Assembly: GCF_009914755.1 (NCBI RefSeq)
Contig: NC_060930.1
Source: the human T2T-CHM13v2.0 reference genome, Homo sapiens
Strand: one strand, 5' to 3'
DNA length: 64,000 bases
The translations under genes were made by a program, and so were the position numbers. Positions 14,053 to 29,900 of this stretch are shown here, in pieces (within the stretch, counting starts at the first letter, position 1; the number at the start of each line of letters is the position of its first letter). The notes beneath the pieces were generated by a model. The model was not told the origin of the DNA and searched no databases. It saw only the letters and a list, made by a program, of their open reading frames with translations.

Positions 14053-14289
14053 TGTCTGAGTCATTTTTAATGTACTGTATAATGGAAAAGGACCCCATGG
14101 CTATTCAGAGATGAAGGAAGGAAATGAGATGATAGGAAAGAGAAAATAACCCAGGTGGGGAAATGATGAAGATGGTGTTGAACTAGTGAAGTGCCATGCT
14201 ATAGCCAACAGTTGACAAGAGTGTTTTACTAGAGAAAATAGTGACTGAGTCAGTGCAAAAAAAGTGACCTTTCTCATATCAAAAATCCA

Positions 14290-15250
14290 GCAATTTATTG
14301 TTTCTGTAAATATTTATTGAGTATCTAGTACGTGCCAGCCATTCTTCTTTACCTGCGTGGAAATAGCAGTGATGAAAATAAACAAAATCCCTTGGGTCTC
14401 ATAAAGTTTACACTTCATTGGTAGAGATAAATAAAGTCAGGCAAACACATACTTAAATCATTTCAGGTCGTGATACAGACTATGGAGAAAAGAAAAGCAG
14501 GATAAGGGGACAGGGAGTGACATGGTGGTGGCAGGTGGGTAGCTTTTGTGGAGAGGCTGGTCTAAGAAGGCATTCCAGGCAGAGAGGGCAACAGGTGGAA
14601 CAAGAGGAAGGCCAGAGTGTGGAATGGGATGAACAAGAGGAGAAGCAGTAGGAGGAGATGAGTTCAAAGACCCCAGTGGGGCAAAATTATGTGGGGTCTA
14701 GGCCAGTGCTTCTGAAACTTTAACATGCATGCAAATCACCTGGGCATATTGCTAAAATGCTGATTTTGATTCAGGAAGTCGAAATGGGGCCTAAGATTAG
14801 GTCTATTTAACAAGTTCCCACTGATGCTGATAATGCCAGTCCCCGGTATACATTGTGAAGAGCCAGTTCCTAATCCATAATGGAGAGTTTAGATTTCATT
14901 CTATTATATGTGCAGTGTTCTGAACAAGGAGTGGCATAACTTATATTTTTAGAGATCACATTTGCTTTTGTATGGAAAATAGATTCTACGTGGGCACTGG
15001 GAAAGAACTACGACATTCGTCAGGGCTGGAAATTAGTGGTTTGGCCTAGGGAGACTGTAGTGGGGCAGCGAGACGTTTGGATCCAGGCAATATTTTGAAG
15101 GTAGAGCTGATAATATTTGCCAATGAATTGGAGGTAGTAAACAGAAGAAAAGAGGGAAGCGTGCATCCTTGGCTTAAGCAACTGAATAATGGTGATGTCA
15201 TCAGCTGAGATGGGAAGAGGAGGGTAAGGGATAGTGGATGGCATGGCAGC
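14290..15250. mobile_element. L2 fragments with a MER5A-like insert (~14703-14870)
   Basis: AAATATTTATTGAGTATCTAGTACGTGCCAG L2 end; CAGTGCTTCTGAAACTTTAACATGCATGCAAATCACCTGG MER5 motif. Confidence 0.65.
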
Positions 15251-15261
15251 AGAGCAGGTGG

Positions 15262-15676
15262 GGGTATGGATTGAGTTGTGTCCTGCCAAGATTCCCATTC
15301 TGAAGTCCTATTCCCCCGTACCTCAGAATGTGATCTTTTCTAGAGCTAGCCGTCTTTACAGAGGTAATCAAGTTAAAGTGAGATAATTAGAATGGACCCT
15401 AATGCAGTATGACTGATATCCTTATAAACAGGGGAAATTTGGATACACAGACACACATATAGACATCTTCACGCAAACATGAAGGCAGTCATCGACAAGC
15501 CAAAGAGAAAGGCCTGAAACAGATGCTTCTCTGAAGGAACCCTCAGAAGGAACCAACCCTACCAATATCTTGATCTTAGACTTCTAGCCTTCCCGAACTG
15601 TGAGAAAATAAATGTATGTTGTTTAAGCCACTTAGTTTATGGTGCTTTGTTACAGCAGCCCTAGCGTCCTAATATA
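15262..15676 (+). mobile_element. MLT1 (MLT1B-like) MaLR LTR
   Basis: TATGGATTGAGTTGTGTCC...ACCTCAGAATGTGA...AATAAATGTATGTTGTTTAAGCCAC...GCAGCCCTAGC. Confidence 0.8.
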
Positions 15677-15884
15677 GTAGCGGGAAAGAGAGATTGCTCT
15701 TTTAGGCAGACCCCGTCAGAGAAGGAGTCAATTTTAATGATCAGGGGAAGGAGCTTTCCAGAAAGAGAGAGCAGCATGTGAGCATGTGTGAAAGCTGTGA
15801 TATAGGAACAGATGGTGTAGAATAAAAATTTTATTTTGAACCCAAAAAGTAGTGACATTACTGAATTGGAGTGTTAAAATAAAA

Positions 15885-16105
15885 AATTCATTGGACTAGA
15901 ATTCAAAAGACATTGGTATGAGTTCTAACTCTGCCACTTACTCATTGCATATGGTTAAGCAAGTGTCTTAAACTCTTTGACCCTCAGTTTCCTCACTGGA
16001 GATAAACTACCCACGGCACCTATCCACCAGGCTGCTGTGAAGTCCAGATAAAATAGAAATACATGTGAAAGTACCTTACAAAGTATGAAACCTTATGTAA
16101 ATTTA
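15885..16105 (+). mobile_element. MIR
   Basis: GAGTTCTAACTCTGCCACTTAC...CCTCAGTTTCCTCA core. Confidence 0.7.
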
Positions 16106-16202
16106 GTTGTGGCAGCTGTTTTCTCATTGTTGCTGCAGCTGGTGTTATTGTTCCAGCCATAATAGATAATAATGTGCATAACGCTATAGTAAACAGGGAT
16201 GT

Positions 16203-16515
<313 letters not shown>

Positions 16516-17199
16516 AAACAGGGATGTGTCTGCTCCAGACATGCAACTCATGGGTCATGAGCTTTGATGTTACAAGAATGCTTGAGAGTCTGTTTTGGCT
16601 ACTGTCAAGTCATCCATCTTATTTTTTAGAAGCTAAAAAATCCAAGTTCATGTGATTTTAATTATAACCATACTTTTATTTAAAGTGGGAAGGAACAGAA
16701 GATTGTGGTAGCATAAATCATAAGTCATCTAATCTCATTTAGGTTATATGAAAACAAGATGGAAACCTTTGAAGTTAGTGTGTTTATTTGCTAATCTACC
16801 TCCCTCTTCCTGCTGCACACATCACACTGTGGTTCTCAGAATTGTTCAGATGGGAAGTATTTTTTTGCAGAAATTTTTATTTTAAAAATAATAACTTCAG
16901 TGTCTGCTCTAAATCAATATTCCGTTGGTCAGAAACGAACCATCTTAGCTACCACTGTTGCATCAAATTTTGCAGCTCATGGAAATAAGCCAAGAGGTTT
17001 TTATGACCATTGATAATGGACTAAAAGAAAACCCAAGACAGATAGATGACAGCTGCAATGTTCTTGGCACAGCTAAGGTGGGTTGGGAGTGGGTGTGAGG
17101 AGAGAACAATTCAGAAATACTTTTTAAAAAACAATCTTTCACCCCCACAATGTTTGGGGGCTTGTTTATATGTATCATTTTGTATTTTTGTAACATATT

Positions 17200-18020
17200 C
17201 TATTTTAATTTTACCTCATTGTGGTAAGACCACTTAACAGGAGATCTGCCCTTTTAACAAATGTTTGAGTGTATATACAGCATTATTGACTACTGGTGCA
17301 ATGTTTTACAGCAGATATCTAGAGCTCATTCATCTTGCATAACTGAAACTTTAAGCCAGTTGATGAGTGATTCCTGATTTTCCCTTCCCCGTACACCATG
17401 GAAACCACCGGTATTCTACTATTTGATTCTATGAATTTGACTAGTTTAGATACCGCATATAAATGGAGTCATACAGTATTTGTCTTTCTGTGACTGGCTT
17501 ATTTCACTTAGCATAATGTCCTCCAGGTTCTTCCATGTTGTCACAAATTGCAGAATTTCCTTTTGAAGGCAGAATAGTATTCCATTGTATGCGTCTACCA
17601 TATTTTATTTTTCCATTCATCTGTTGATGGATCTTAGGTTGTTTCCATATCTTGGCTATTTGAATAGTGCTGCAATGAACATAGAGGTGCTAATATCTCT
17701 TCGAGGTCCTGACTTCTGTTCTTTTAAATAAATACTTAGTAATGGGGTTGCAGGATAGTATTATAGTTCTATTTTTAATGTTTTGAGTAACCTCCATACT
17801 GTTTTCCATAGCACCTCACCATTGTGCCTTCCCATCAATAGTACACAAGGGTTCCAGTTTCTCCACATCCTCACCAACATTTGTTGTCTTTTTTCTCATA
17901 AGAGCCATCCTGACAGGTATAAGGTGATCACTCATTGTGGTATTGATTTGTGTTTTCCTAATAATTAGTGACACTGAGCATTTAAACAAAATTTATTTGT
18001 TGGCCATTTTTATATGTTTT
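17200..18020 (-). mobile_element. L1MB-like 3' fragment
   Basis: Antisense L1M 3'UTR/ORF2 end (ATTCATCTTGCATAACTGAAACTTT, CTGGCTTATTTCACTTAGCATAATGTCCTCCAGG). Confidence 0.8.
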
Positions 18021-18525
18021 AGAGTTTAATCTATTTCATATTGTCCTCTTTTCTGTAATAAATTATGTTTTGTTAGAAGATGCCCATTTGAACGGTAACA
18101 CTTTAGTTGGCCAGTAGAGAGTTATTTCCAGACTGAGTCACCATCAGCTGCATGTGCTGCCTTGCTATTCATGCCCCCACTCATAAGAGCAGGAAGACAA
18201 TTCAGTCTCCATGTACTAGGGGTCCTCTGTTCCTCTGCTGATATTCAGACTTTATAAACTGAAGAATGACATGAATCAATGAACAAGACTAAACCATTCC
18301 TAACATCTTGGTAATGCAGTGTTCAAAAGATGTTCTTTTCAGATGCCTAGAGCAAGGCTAACCAACTGTTATACACTAACTAGTAACTGATCATCTATAA
18401 CAATAGATAACATAGACTGGACACTGTTATGTGATTCCCATACATTATTTTGTTAAATCTCAAAATAACCCTGTAATATTTTAAGTGCTATCAATATCCT
18501 CTCATTCCAATTAACCAAATCTCTC

Positions 18526-18602
18526 TGTGTGTCTATATACATATATATATATCTTATAAATGTGTGTATGTGTGTGTGTATATATATATATGTACATATA
18601 TA
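18526..18602. repeat. (TA)n/(TG)n compound microsatellite
   Basis: Read directly from the sequence. Confidence 0.85.
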
Positions 18603-19179
18603 AAATTCAATCCTCTCTACAAAATACTACACTTTTCTTATTTTCATCATATGGGTGTTATGTTCCCTGAAACACTGACCTTGAGAAATAATCAGCCAAT
18701 TACAGTAGAAAATTTTAATGATTTATATTCAAAGATTGAAGTCTTACTAGATGTAGCAATTTCTGGTGAAAGAAAAGAAAGTAAATGATTTCTTCCCAAA
18801 TGGCTCAAACAGAAAAAACTTGGAAGTAGTTAGTGTTGCATGTGCAATTCTCTGACTCTCTTTTCCAGGCTGATCATTTCTTGGCAGCATGCCTGATTAT
18901 ATCTAGGCAGTTACACCCCAGAAGGTATATTCTCATAGTCAGGAATATGTGACAGACACCTCTCGTACTTTAAGTCAAGATATTATAGCTATCTTTACAG
19001 CTACACAATCATCATGATCTTGCAAATCTGGAGTCCTCCTGGTGTCACCTTTTCTGATCCAAAGGTTCAAAATCGCTTCAATTCTGTCAGCATGTCAAGT
19101 GCTTACAGTTTCTGAGATGGTGCTGGTGGTTTCTAAGGGTGAATTTGCAAGTCTCCAAAACTCCTCTCTGGAGCTTCTT

Positions 19180-19530
19180 CTGGAGATCACACACTCAAAT
19201 GCCTCCAGGAGCCAAAAGGGTGAGGTGCAAGAGTGAGTGAAGCCAACTGGGTTCAATACAAGAGACAGTGATGGTGCTGAGGCCCCTGGAGAGTATGTGC
19301 CCCCAACTAGAGCAGCAGCTGCTGCTCTGCCACTGCCACAAAATGTCATGAGGGAATGCAGGCTCTGTGTGGCCAACTCCAGTCGTTTTTTTTTTGTTTT
19401 GTTTTTTGTTTTTCAAGAAAACCTGGAAATTCAGATGTCTGTGTAAAATATACTGATTGATAAATGTTGGCAACTAATACAGATTTCTTTCTTTTAAATA
19501 CAATGCAGCAAGTTCACCAGGCCACTACTT
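19180..19530. mobile_element. MER102-like hAT-Charlie element
   Basis: ACTCAAATGCCTCCAGGAGCC...GAGTGAAGCC and TTTCAAGAAAACCTGGAAATTCAGAT...AAATGTTGGCAACTAAT. Confidence 0.6.
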
Positions 19531-22065
19531 TGCAACTTACACTTTAGGGGTTCTCAGTGGGGAAGAAAGTGCCAAAATATTCTCCTGCACTTCCCTCAGC
19601 AGCTTTTCCTCTCTGACCTCTCACAACCAGAAGGATATCATAAGCAGTACTTCCCTTCCACTAGGAAGGATATGAGCTTTGAGGAAAGTGAGGAGCAGGT
19701 CCTTCAAAGAAAATCTTGGGCTCCCAAATCCAGCCCTTTCCCTACTGCCTTTGGACAGAGGAGTATGTAACTCAAGATCATCATAGACAAGAATGTGTGC
19801 ATATTTGGGTTTCTCCAAGGAACTACAGCCTTGTAGAGCACTGCAGGGCCTCTGGCTGAAATAAGGAAGTTGGGAAAGTAAAGAAAAGGATTCTATTTTC
19901 AATGTTCTGGGCTTAAGAGAACAGCAAAACTTCCAAATTAAAACAACTTAAGACATTTTGGGTAGATTCTCAATGAGATTTAAGACTAAAAATTATATAT
20001 TTGGCAGCTATAAAAATAGAAGTGATATACTCACTCCCCCAATGGGGATACCTTAGGTGCCATATTTGGTGTCACAGTCAGGACTGGGACAGTTGGTAAA
20101 TTAACGTGGACTAGAACCACCCACAGCAGTGAGACCTTACAGTGAGCTGGAGAGGATGTCTCCAACCAGGCCATGGAGTTGGAGACAAATCCTCCAACCA
20201 GAATGCAGGATTTGGAACCTTGGAAACTCCTAGGTGATTCTTTACAGAAAAGCAAAGTCTAGCCTCAGGGAACCCAGAAATGGTGGCGTTCCAGTATCCA
20301 GACCTGCAGCCGATACCACAGAAACCTGTGTAGAGTGGGACCATGAAAACAGCCCACTTACTAGATCCCAGATAATCAAACTAGTTACAAATGAGTTTGG
20401 CAAACTCTTAGAAGGCAGGGAACTATGTAATCCCTTAGAAAAATTCTTATCAAATGTTTCAGATGAATCCCTTCTGAACTTTTACACTCTATTCCTCAAG
20501 CAGCATTCTCCACAGTTCAACTTTTGCTTTCCTGGGCCACTTGAGGAAGGAGCAGGAACAGAGAGAGCAGCAAAGGTCCTCTGGTCATCACAATAAGTTC
20601 TCAGCCCCCATAAAGGCCCTCAAGGGTCAATTGTACTGTTTCCCCAATGGCGCTGCTGGGAGCTGCTTGATTCCACACCTCTACCTGGGGAAGGGCTGCA
20701 GTGATAATACACCTGTTTACAGGGCAGAGCGGGAGTAAGTAAAACAGACCTCAAAGAAGATGAAGGACAGCTTTCCATTTTTTCTTCCTTAGGTCTTTAG
20801 AATTCATTTGTTATACCTCTCTCTAAATGATTCCATAAACTACATCTTGACCACTTAAAAAGTAAAATGGGGAAGACAGCTTAAGCCATCTTTTAAATCA
20901 TAGCAAATGCCAAGAAATGTCTCAGAGGCCCTGTGATATCCCTTTGCTTAGAGCTATTTTCATTATTATTGTTATTTGCCTTGGCAGTCAAATTCTTTAC
21001 AAGCAGTCTGATCTGCGAATAGTATGATAATAACTTTGGGGATGTCAGCCTTGACATTTTATTGGTTTGGGCTTCCTGCTGGTTCACCTAGGCTATTTCA
21101 CTTTCTAAAACCACACACTTTCTATCCCATTCATTATCTAGAGGTCCCCACATCCAGGCAGCAGAGAATGGGCATTGATGTCTTTACCTAGTGTAGGACC
21201 TCTATACATCTGTCCAGATATGGGGAAATAGAAATCCATCCTCTGAATTCTGTGTATTCTGAGAGAGCTTGAAGTCAGTTTGTCTGACTAGCAATATCCT
21301 GGTCAACACAGGGAGGGAGGAAGTGAGATGAGACCAGCCAAGCAGAAGCATTGGCCCTTTATAGCAAGAAGCCAACAATCTATATCATCTGGTCCAAAGA
21401 GGTAGAATCCTCCCGCTTCAGGTTAAGACAACAGTAATGGCCAACCATAGGAGTAGATGGGCAGGGGCTTCTGAGAGGCTGAGGGCGCTAATGATGTCTA
21501 CACGATCATAGATCTAGGGATCCAGACCTGATCATGGAGGATGGGTGGAGATATGGTTCACCTCCAGAGAAATGGGATTGAAAACATTTGATGAGGGGCC
21601 AGGATCATTTTGCCATCAGCTTGGATTCAGATTCGGTCCCAGCTCCACCCATGAAACTTGAATAGACTCCAGGGCCGAAAGCAGAAAACTACTCAAACAG
21701 TCTGCTTTCTCTTGGCATTAAGGACACTGCCTCCAAGGCATGCTGACCTTGAGGGTTATGATCTCCCTCAAGTCACCAAAGAGAAAGTACAAGTGGAGTA
21801 GCTTCCATACCCTTGTCAAAGGAGGAGATGGATCTTTTAACCTACAGACCTCACTTTCATTGGGCCAAGGTGGGGACCGAGACCAATTTATTATCCCTAA
21901 GAGCTGCCTAGGCCAAGAACAGGAGCAATAAAGAGGCTGAGGTAGGAAAGGAGAAAATGAGAGAAAGGGGGTGGGTTATTATTAAAAACATTGGCTAATT
22001 CAGATGACCATCTTCAAAGTGTCCCTGACTTAAAGTGAAATTGCATGGGCCTAGCATAAAAGCTA

Positions 22066-22143
22066 TTAGGTGGGGGCAAAAGTAATTGTGGTTTTTGCCA
22101 TGAAAGTAATGGCAAAACCGCAATTACTTTTGCACCAGCCTAA
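22066..22143. mobile_element. MADE1 (Hsmar1-derived MITE), palindromic, TA TSD
   Basis: TA-TTAGGTGGGGGCAAAAGTAATTGTGG...CCGCAATTACTTTTGCACCAGCCTAA-TA. Confidence 0.93.
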
Positions 22144-22901
22144 TAACTCCAACAGATTGAGAACAATACTATAATTCATGAGTTAAGAAGTATATACATG
22201 TGTATACTGTAATATACACATAATGAGTATATTATAATTTATGTCTACCTGGGCTAAAGCAGGCAAACCTGTACGGTAATGCATCACTTAACTGTGCGGA
22301 TACATTCTGAGAAATGCATCACTAGCCTATTTCATCATAGTGTAAACATCAAAGAGCACACTTACACAAACCTGGATGGTATAGCCTACTACGCACCCAG
22401 GCTATGTGCTCTAGCCTATTGCTCGTAGGCTACAAACCTGTACAGTATATTACTCTGCTGAATACTGTAGGCAATTGTAATATAGTGGACAGAATTTGTG
22501 TATCTAAACATAGAAAAGGTACAGTAAAAACATGATACAAAAGATTTTAAAATGTTACACATTTCTAGGGCACTTACCGTAAATGGAGCTTGCAGGACTG
22601 GAAATTGCTGTGGATGAGTGAGTGAGTGAGTGAGTGAGTGGTGAGTGAATATGAAGACCGAGAATGTTACTGTACACTTCTGTAGTCTTTATAAACACTG
22701 TACACTTAGGCTACACTAACTTGATAAGAAATTATTTCTTCAAGAATAAATTAACCGTAGCTTACAATAATTTTTTTACTTTATGAACTTATTACTCTTT
22801 TATAATTTTTTTACTCTTATAATACTTTTTTACTCCTTTATAATAACACTTAGCTGAAAACACAAACATACGACTGTACAAAAAAATTCTTTATACCCTT
22901 A

Positions 22902-25703
<2,802 letters not shown>

Positions 25704-25799
25704 CAGACTATTAAACAGACTACTGGTATTTTGGTTTCTTTTGTTATCTAACAAAAACATCAAATAAAATTACTACTTTTCAATTTCAAAAAAAAAAAA
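25704..25799 (+). other. L1 3' transduction: 84 bp of non-L1 sequence plus a second poly(A)
   Basis: Lies between the L1 tail and the right TSD; AATAAA at 25763-25768, poly(A) from 25788. Confidence 0.85.
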
Positions 25800-25816
25800 C
25801 CGAGACACAAATGCAC

Positions 25817-25878
25817 ACAGTGATGTTGATCATCTTGACCCTGGGTAGGCCTAGGGTCAAGATGATCAATATCACTGT
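25817..25878. repeat. 62-bp near-perfect inverted repeat (hairpin)
   Basis: Arms 25817-25842 and 25853-25878 are complementary at 25 of 26 positions. Confidence 0.93.
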
Positions 25879-26811
25879 CTTCCACCTCCACATTTTTCCC
25901 ACAGGAAGGTCTTCAGGGGCAATAACACACATGGGGCTGCCATCTCCTACTATAACAATGCCTTCTTCTGGATACCTCCTGAAGGACCTGCCTGAGGATG
26001 TTTTACAATTAACTCTTTTTTTTTTTTCAGAAGTAGGAGTATACTCTAAAATAAAGTATAATATGGTAAATACATACACCAATAACATAGTTGTTTATTC
26101 TCATTATCAAATATCATGTGCTGTACAAAATTGTACATGCTATACTTTCATATGCCTGGCAGAGAAGTAGGTTTGTTTACACCAGCATCACCATAAACAG
26201 TGCGATGCACTGTGCTATAATGGTTACAATGACTATGAAGTCACTAGACGATAGGAACTTTTCAGCTCTATTATAATCCTATGGGACCATCATTGTACAT
26301 GCAGTTTGTCATTGACCCACACGGTCTTACACAGCACATGACTATACTTATCCTGACCCCCCCTCTTTCTAGGTCCATGTCATACTCTTGCCACCCATGT
26401 TTGTTAAGAACTCTTAGTTTCATGTATCAAGCATATTGCCAAATTGGCTTAAGCATAAGGAGGGGATGTATTATAAGGACCTACCGCTTTGTAGAACTCA
26501 GGTTTAGTAAATCTCTTGCTGAGACTTGGAAGGGAACTGGAAGTAAGAACAAGAGCCTGTTTCTGCTTCTCTGAACATCTGCTTTATTTTTTTCTCTCGG
26601 CCCAGACAGGCTTTCTCTGACTCTCAGGTTCACATGTTAGCTCTCTCTCTCTCTCTTTCTGCTACTTTCTTCTCTCTGTCTCAACTTCCAAACACAGGGA
26701 GAGAATCTGTCTGGCCCAGCTTGGATCTGGTGCGCATCCCTTGTTCAATCAGGAACTGCTAAGGAAGGGGCAGTCTATGTATTACATCATGACCCAGAGG
26801 AATCTTAGTGA

Positions 26812-26970
26812 CCTGTGTTTCTTAAACTTTGACATGCATATACATCACCTGGTCATCTGCTTTAAATATAAAATCTGATGAAGTCTGGGATGAAGCCCAA
26901 GATTCTACATTGTTAATAAGCCCCCAGTTGATACTACTGCTACTGGTCTATGAATCACATGTAGCAAAGT
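26812..26970. mobile_element. MER5-like MITE
   Basis: CTTAAACTTTGACATGCATATACATCACCTGG...GTCTGGGATGAAGCCCAAGATTCTACATT. Confidence 0.65.
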
Positions 26971-29900
26971 TCTAGAAGATGGGTTGTGGCAATTCCCAGA
27001 GATCATGAAGCCATTTTTTTTCTGTGCCAAATGCAACACGTGGCCTTTTTATGCCATACTTCTGGCTCCTGGATACTCATCACACCCTGTCACAGAGTGA
27101 GGTTTCTTCAAATGTGCTTGTCTTCTCTGAGTGGACCCTCATGTCCTCTAAAGGCTTCTCCCTTAGACTCTTCTAACCACCAACCTCAGAAGAACTCCCA
27201 GTCTCTGTTTTGTCCTCATCTAGTTTTCATGGAAAAAAGTGATCTGATGAGCACCATTAATGGTAGTCTAATCCATGAGTATTCAATCAAAAGTATTTAT
27301 GAAATATTGATGTATTTCCTTTTTTATTTACAAAAATAAAAATGCCATATGGCTAAAGAAATGAATCTCTAATGAGGGAATTTCAATCATTGTGGTAGGT
27401 AGACAAAAAATTTAAGACACACACAGTGCTACCCAATTGTGCTTTGGGGTCTGGAGAAACCGTGGATACTGGTTGCCACACTGACTGACTTGTTGTTGAC
27501 TCAGCAGTGGGCTGAGTTCACCCCTACCATGGGCTGAACTGACTTCAGAACCAAGGGCAGTGACCAAAGAGACCTGTCCATGTCCTAGCTAAAATCATTC
27601 AGGTAATATATGTGAAATTAATCGTCTACATTCAAAATTACATTTTGTTGTGTGTAATATCAGTTGAGTATTTTCATAAAGAAAACTACCTACATTAGAT
27701 AAACACTCAGCCAACAGAGGAGTACAGATGGGCAGTATCGAGTACTTGAATCCTTAGTGTTGTGCAGGGTATAAGAAGTGTCCCAATTATTACATTTGTC
27801 TTAAAGCCTATAAAGGTTTTTTAAAATTCAATTGAAATAAGTTGGTTATAGCACTAAAGTTTCCTAAATAGGAACTGTCTTTTTGTGTCTCATACGTGAG
27901 CATTTATTGAAAATACTCCCCCAGTATCCTATAGGCATTTCTCTAAGCCTTCCCAAGAAAGTGATTCTCTGCAGTCTATGTAAGAAGGATTCATTGATTT
28001 CTGAAGACAAAAATGTATTGATCTTCTATATAAACACCCAGAATCCATTTGAAAATGCTACAAGATTTTGTTGCCTCTTGTACCCAGTGGCACGAAAGGA
28101 AGATGATAGCTGCTTCCAGCAAGGCCCTATGTTTACTCAGGTTTCTTCATTTCCCATATGTGTGTGTTTGCACACCAAGCTGGGAGCATGTATTCCCATC
28201 ATTAGTAACCTCTTACAAAATAGACTTCCTCAATTTACTGCAAATTCTGAAGGAATAAAAATGAAGCAAATAAATGTGGTCCATCTTTCTTCAGGACCTG
28301 ATGCTCCTGCAGTGTGTATCTGGCAATTCTTTCATCCACCTATTAGACCAGCTGGAATGGGGAAAGAGGAATGCTTTGAATAAGAATACAACAGTTGCAG
28401 GAAGATTTTTCATCAGCCAGAGCTGTTGATAAAACAGTCAGCTTGAGGTTAGGAGTGACGCATATTGGAGTCTCTGCCTAAGACATCGAAGTTATTCATC
28501 GGAAGACCTGAAAGTAAATCATAGTCTCCCAATTGTTTTGTTTTTTTGTTTGTTTTTTTTGTTTGTTTTTAAGCTAGTGTCATTCAGGCAATAGCATGCA
28601 TCCAGGCTAATGCTAACCTAGAATTTGCCAGCTCATAATTCTACTAATAATTTTTCAAAGTATTGCCATCTAATCTCAGAGAGATAGACATTTTCAATTT
28701 GAGTAGTTAATTCCTCTAGTTACAGAAATTGCTTGCCAAATGTGCATATTAATTTACCAATTAAAGGAGTCACCTGGATGATGGCCAGCAATGTCTCACG
28801 TGGCACATGATGGCTCTCCTACACACCCAATCCAGGTCTATTCCAGGAAAAATACCTAATTTTGTGTAGAAAATAAGACTTAGACTGGGGTTTAATATGA
28901 GAAAAATGAGAAGAAAAAAGACAATTTCTTACTGCAGTGGTTGCAAACCTGGATCCTGGAATCACATATGAACTTGAATTGTGATGATAAAACTTCCTTA
29001 CTTGTGTTGTTTGAGTTTGTCACCCACAACATAGAAATGGTTGCTGTGAGGTACACTGAGATCAGGTGGGGGACGTGTATACAGAGTCTGCACACGGGAA
29101 GAGCTCAGAGCTTAGAGCTGTTGCTACACTTTTCTGATCCCACCTGCCCAGCTCTACTCAATCTTCACCAGCCCTGAGGAAAAGAGAACAGAAACAAACA
29201 AAAAAAATGCAAGCAAAGGCTACATGGGAGAGAGAATGGGAAGAACTGTGAAGAACTTTCTAGAACTGTTGGCATACCCTCAGAAATAATGGAATGAAGT
29301 TAAAGTCTTCTTTTCACTTGCTCTTTTGCAACTAGGCTGACCCAGTCTGAGCACCAGACTTTACACTTTATGTTTGCATTTCTCTCTTTGTGACTATTCT
29401 CGTAAGAAAAGGACTGTCATGCTGCTGTGTTTTCCAAAAGTTCAGGGGTAAATGCCACTGAGGGAAAAAAAACCCTCCATATAGCTGTTTCCTTATTCAA
29501 CCATGACTGTCCTGTAGTGCCATCTGCCCTCACAGCTGAGCTGAACAGAGCTCTTGGGAGCTCCACAGGCCCCTGGGATGCAGCTTTCTGAGGTTGGATA
29601 GGACAAGGCAACTAGAGGTTTCCAGACTATTCTAGAAATGTTGTTTCTTTGGAGGTCCAAAGTTTTCCATCATTTTTTCTACATGAGTAGAATAATGAAA
29701 ATGAGTGTGAAGAGGAGGCTGAGGAGGAGCAAAAAGATAAGTCCAAGCATTATTTTTCTCATCTGCAAAGGGAACAATTTCTTTGGACATAGACTCCACT
29801 TTGACAAAGCTGCTGCATCCAAATTCTATACTGTGAACAACTTCCTGTCATCTAGCCACATTTCTGGCATACACACAAAAGGTGACAGATATTCATAGTT

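Noticed and set aside
18850-18930. Possible small exon (TTTTCCAG acceptor, AAG/GTATAT donor)
   Set aside because: Weak donor, branch point too close to the acceptor, no partner exons; not supportable without transcripts.
20730-20795. GTAAGT donor and downstream pyrimidine-AG acceptor
   Set aside because: The implied intron of about 57 nt is too short, and such motifs occur by chance.
27883-28383. 166-aa ORF
   Set aside because: Non-ATG start, no recognisable domain, composition typical of random AT-rich DNA.
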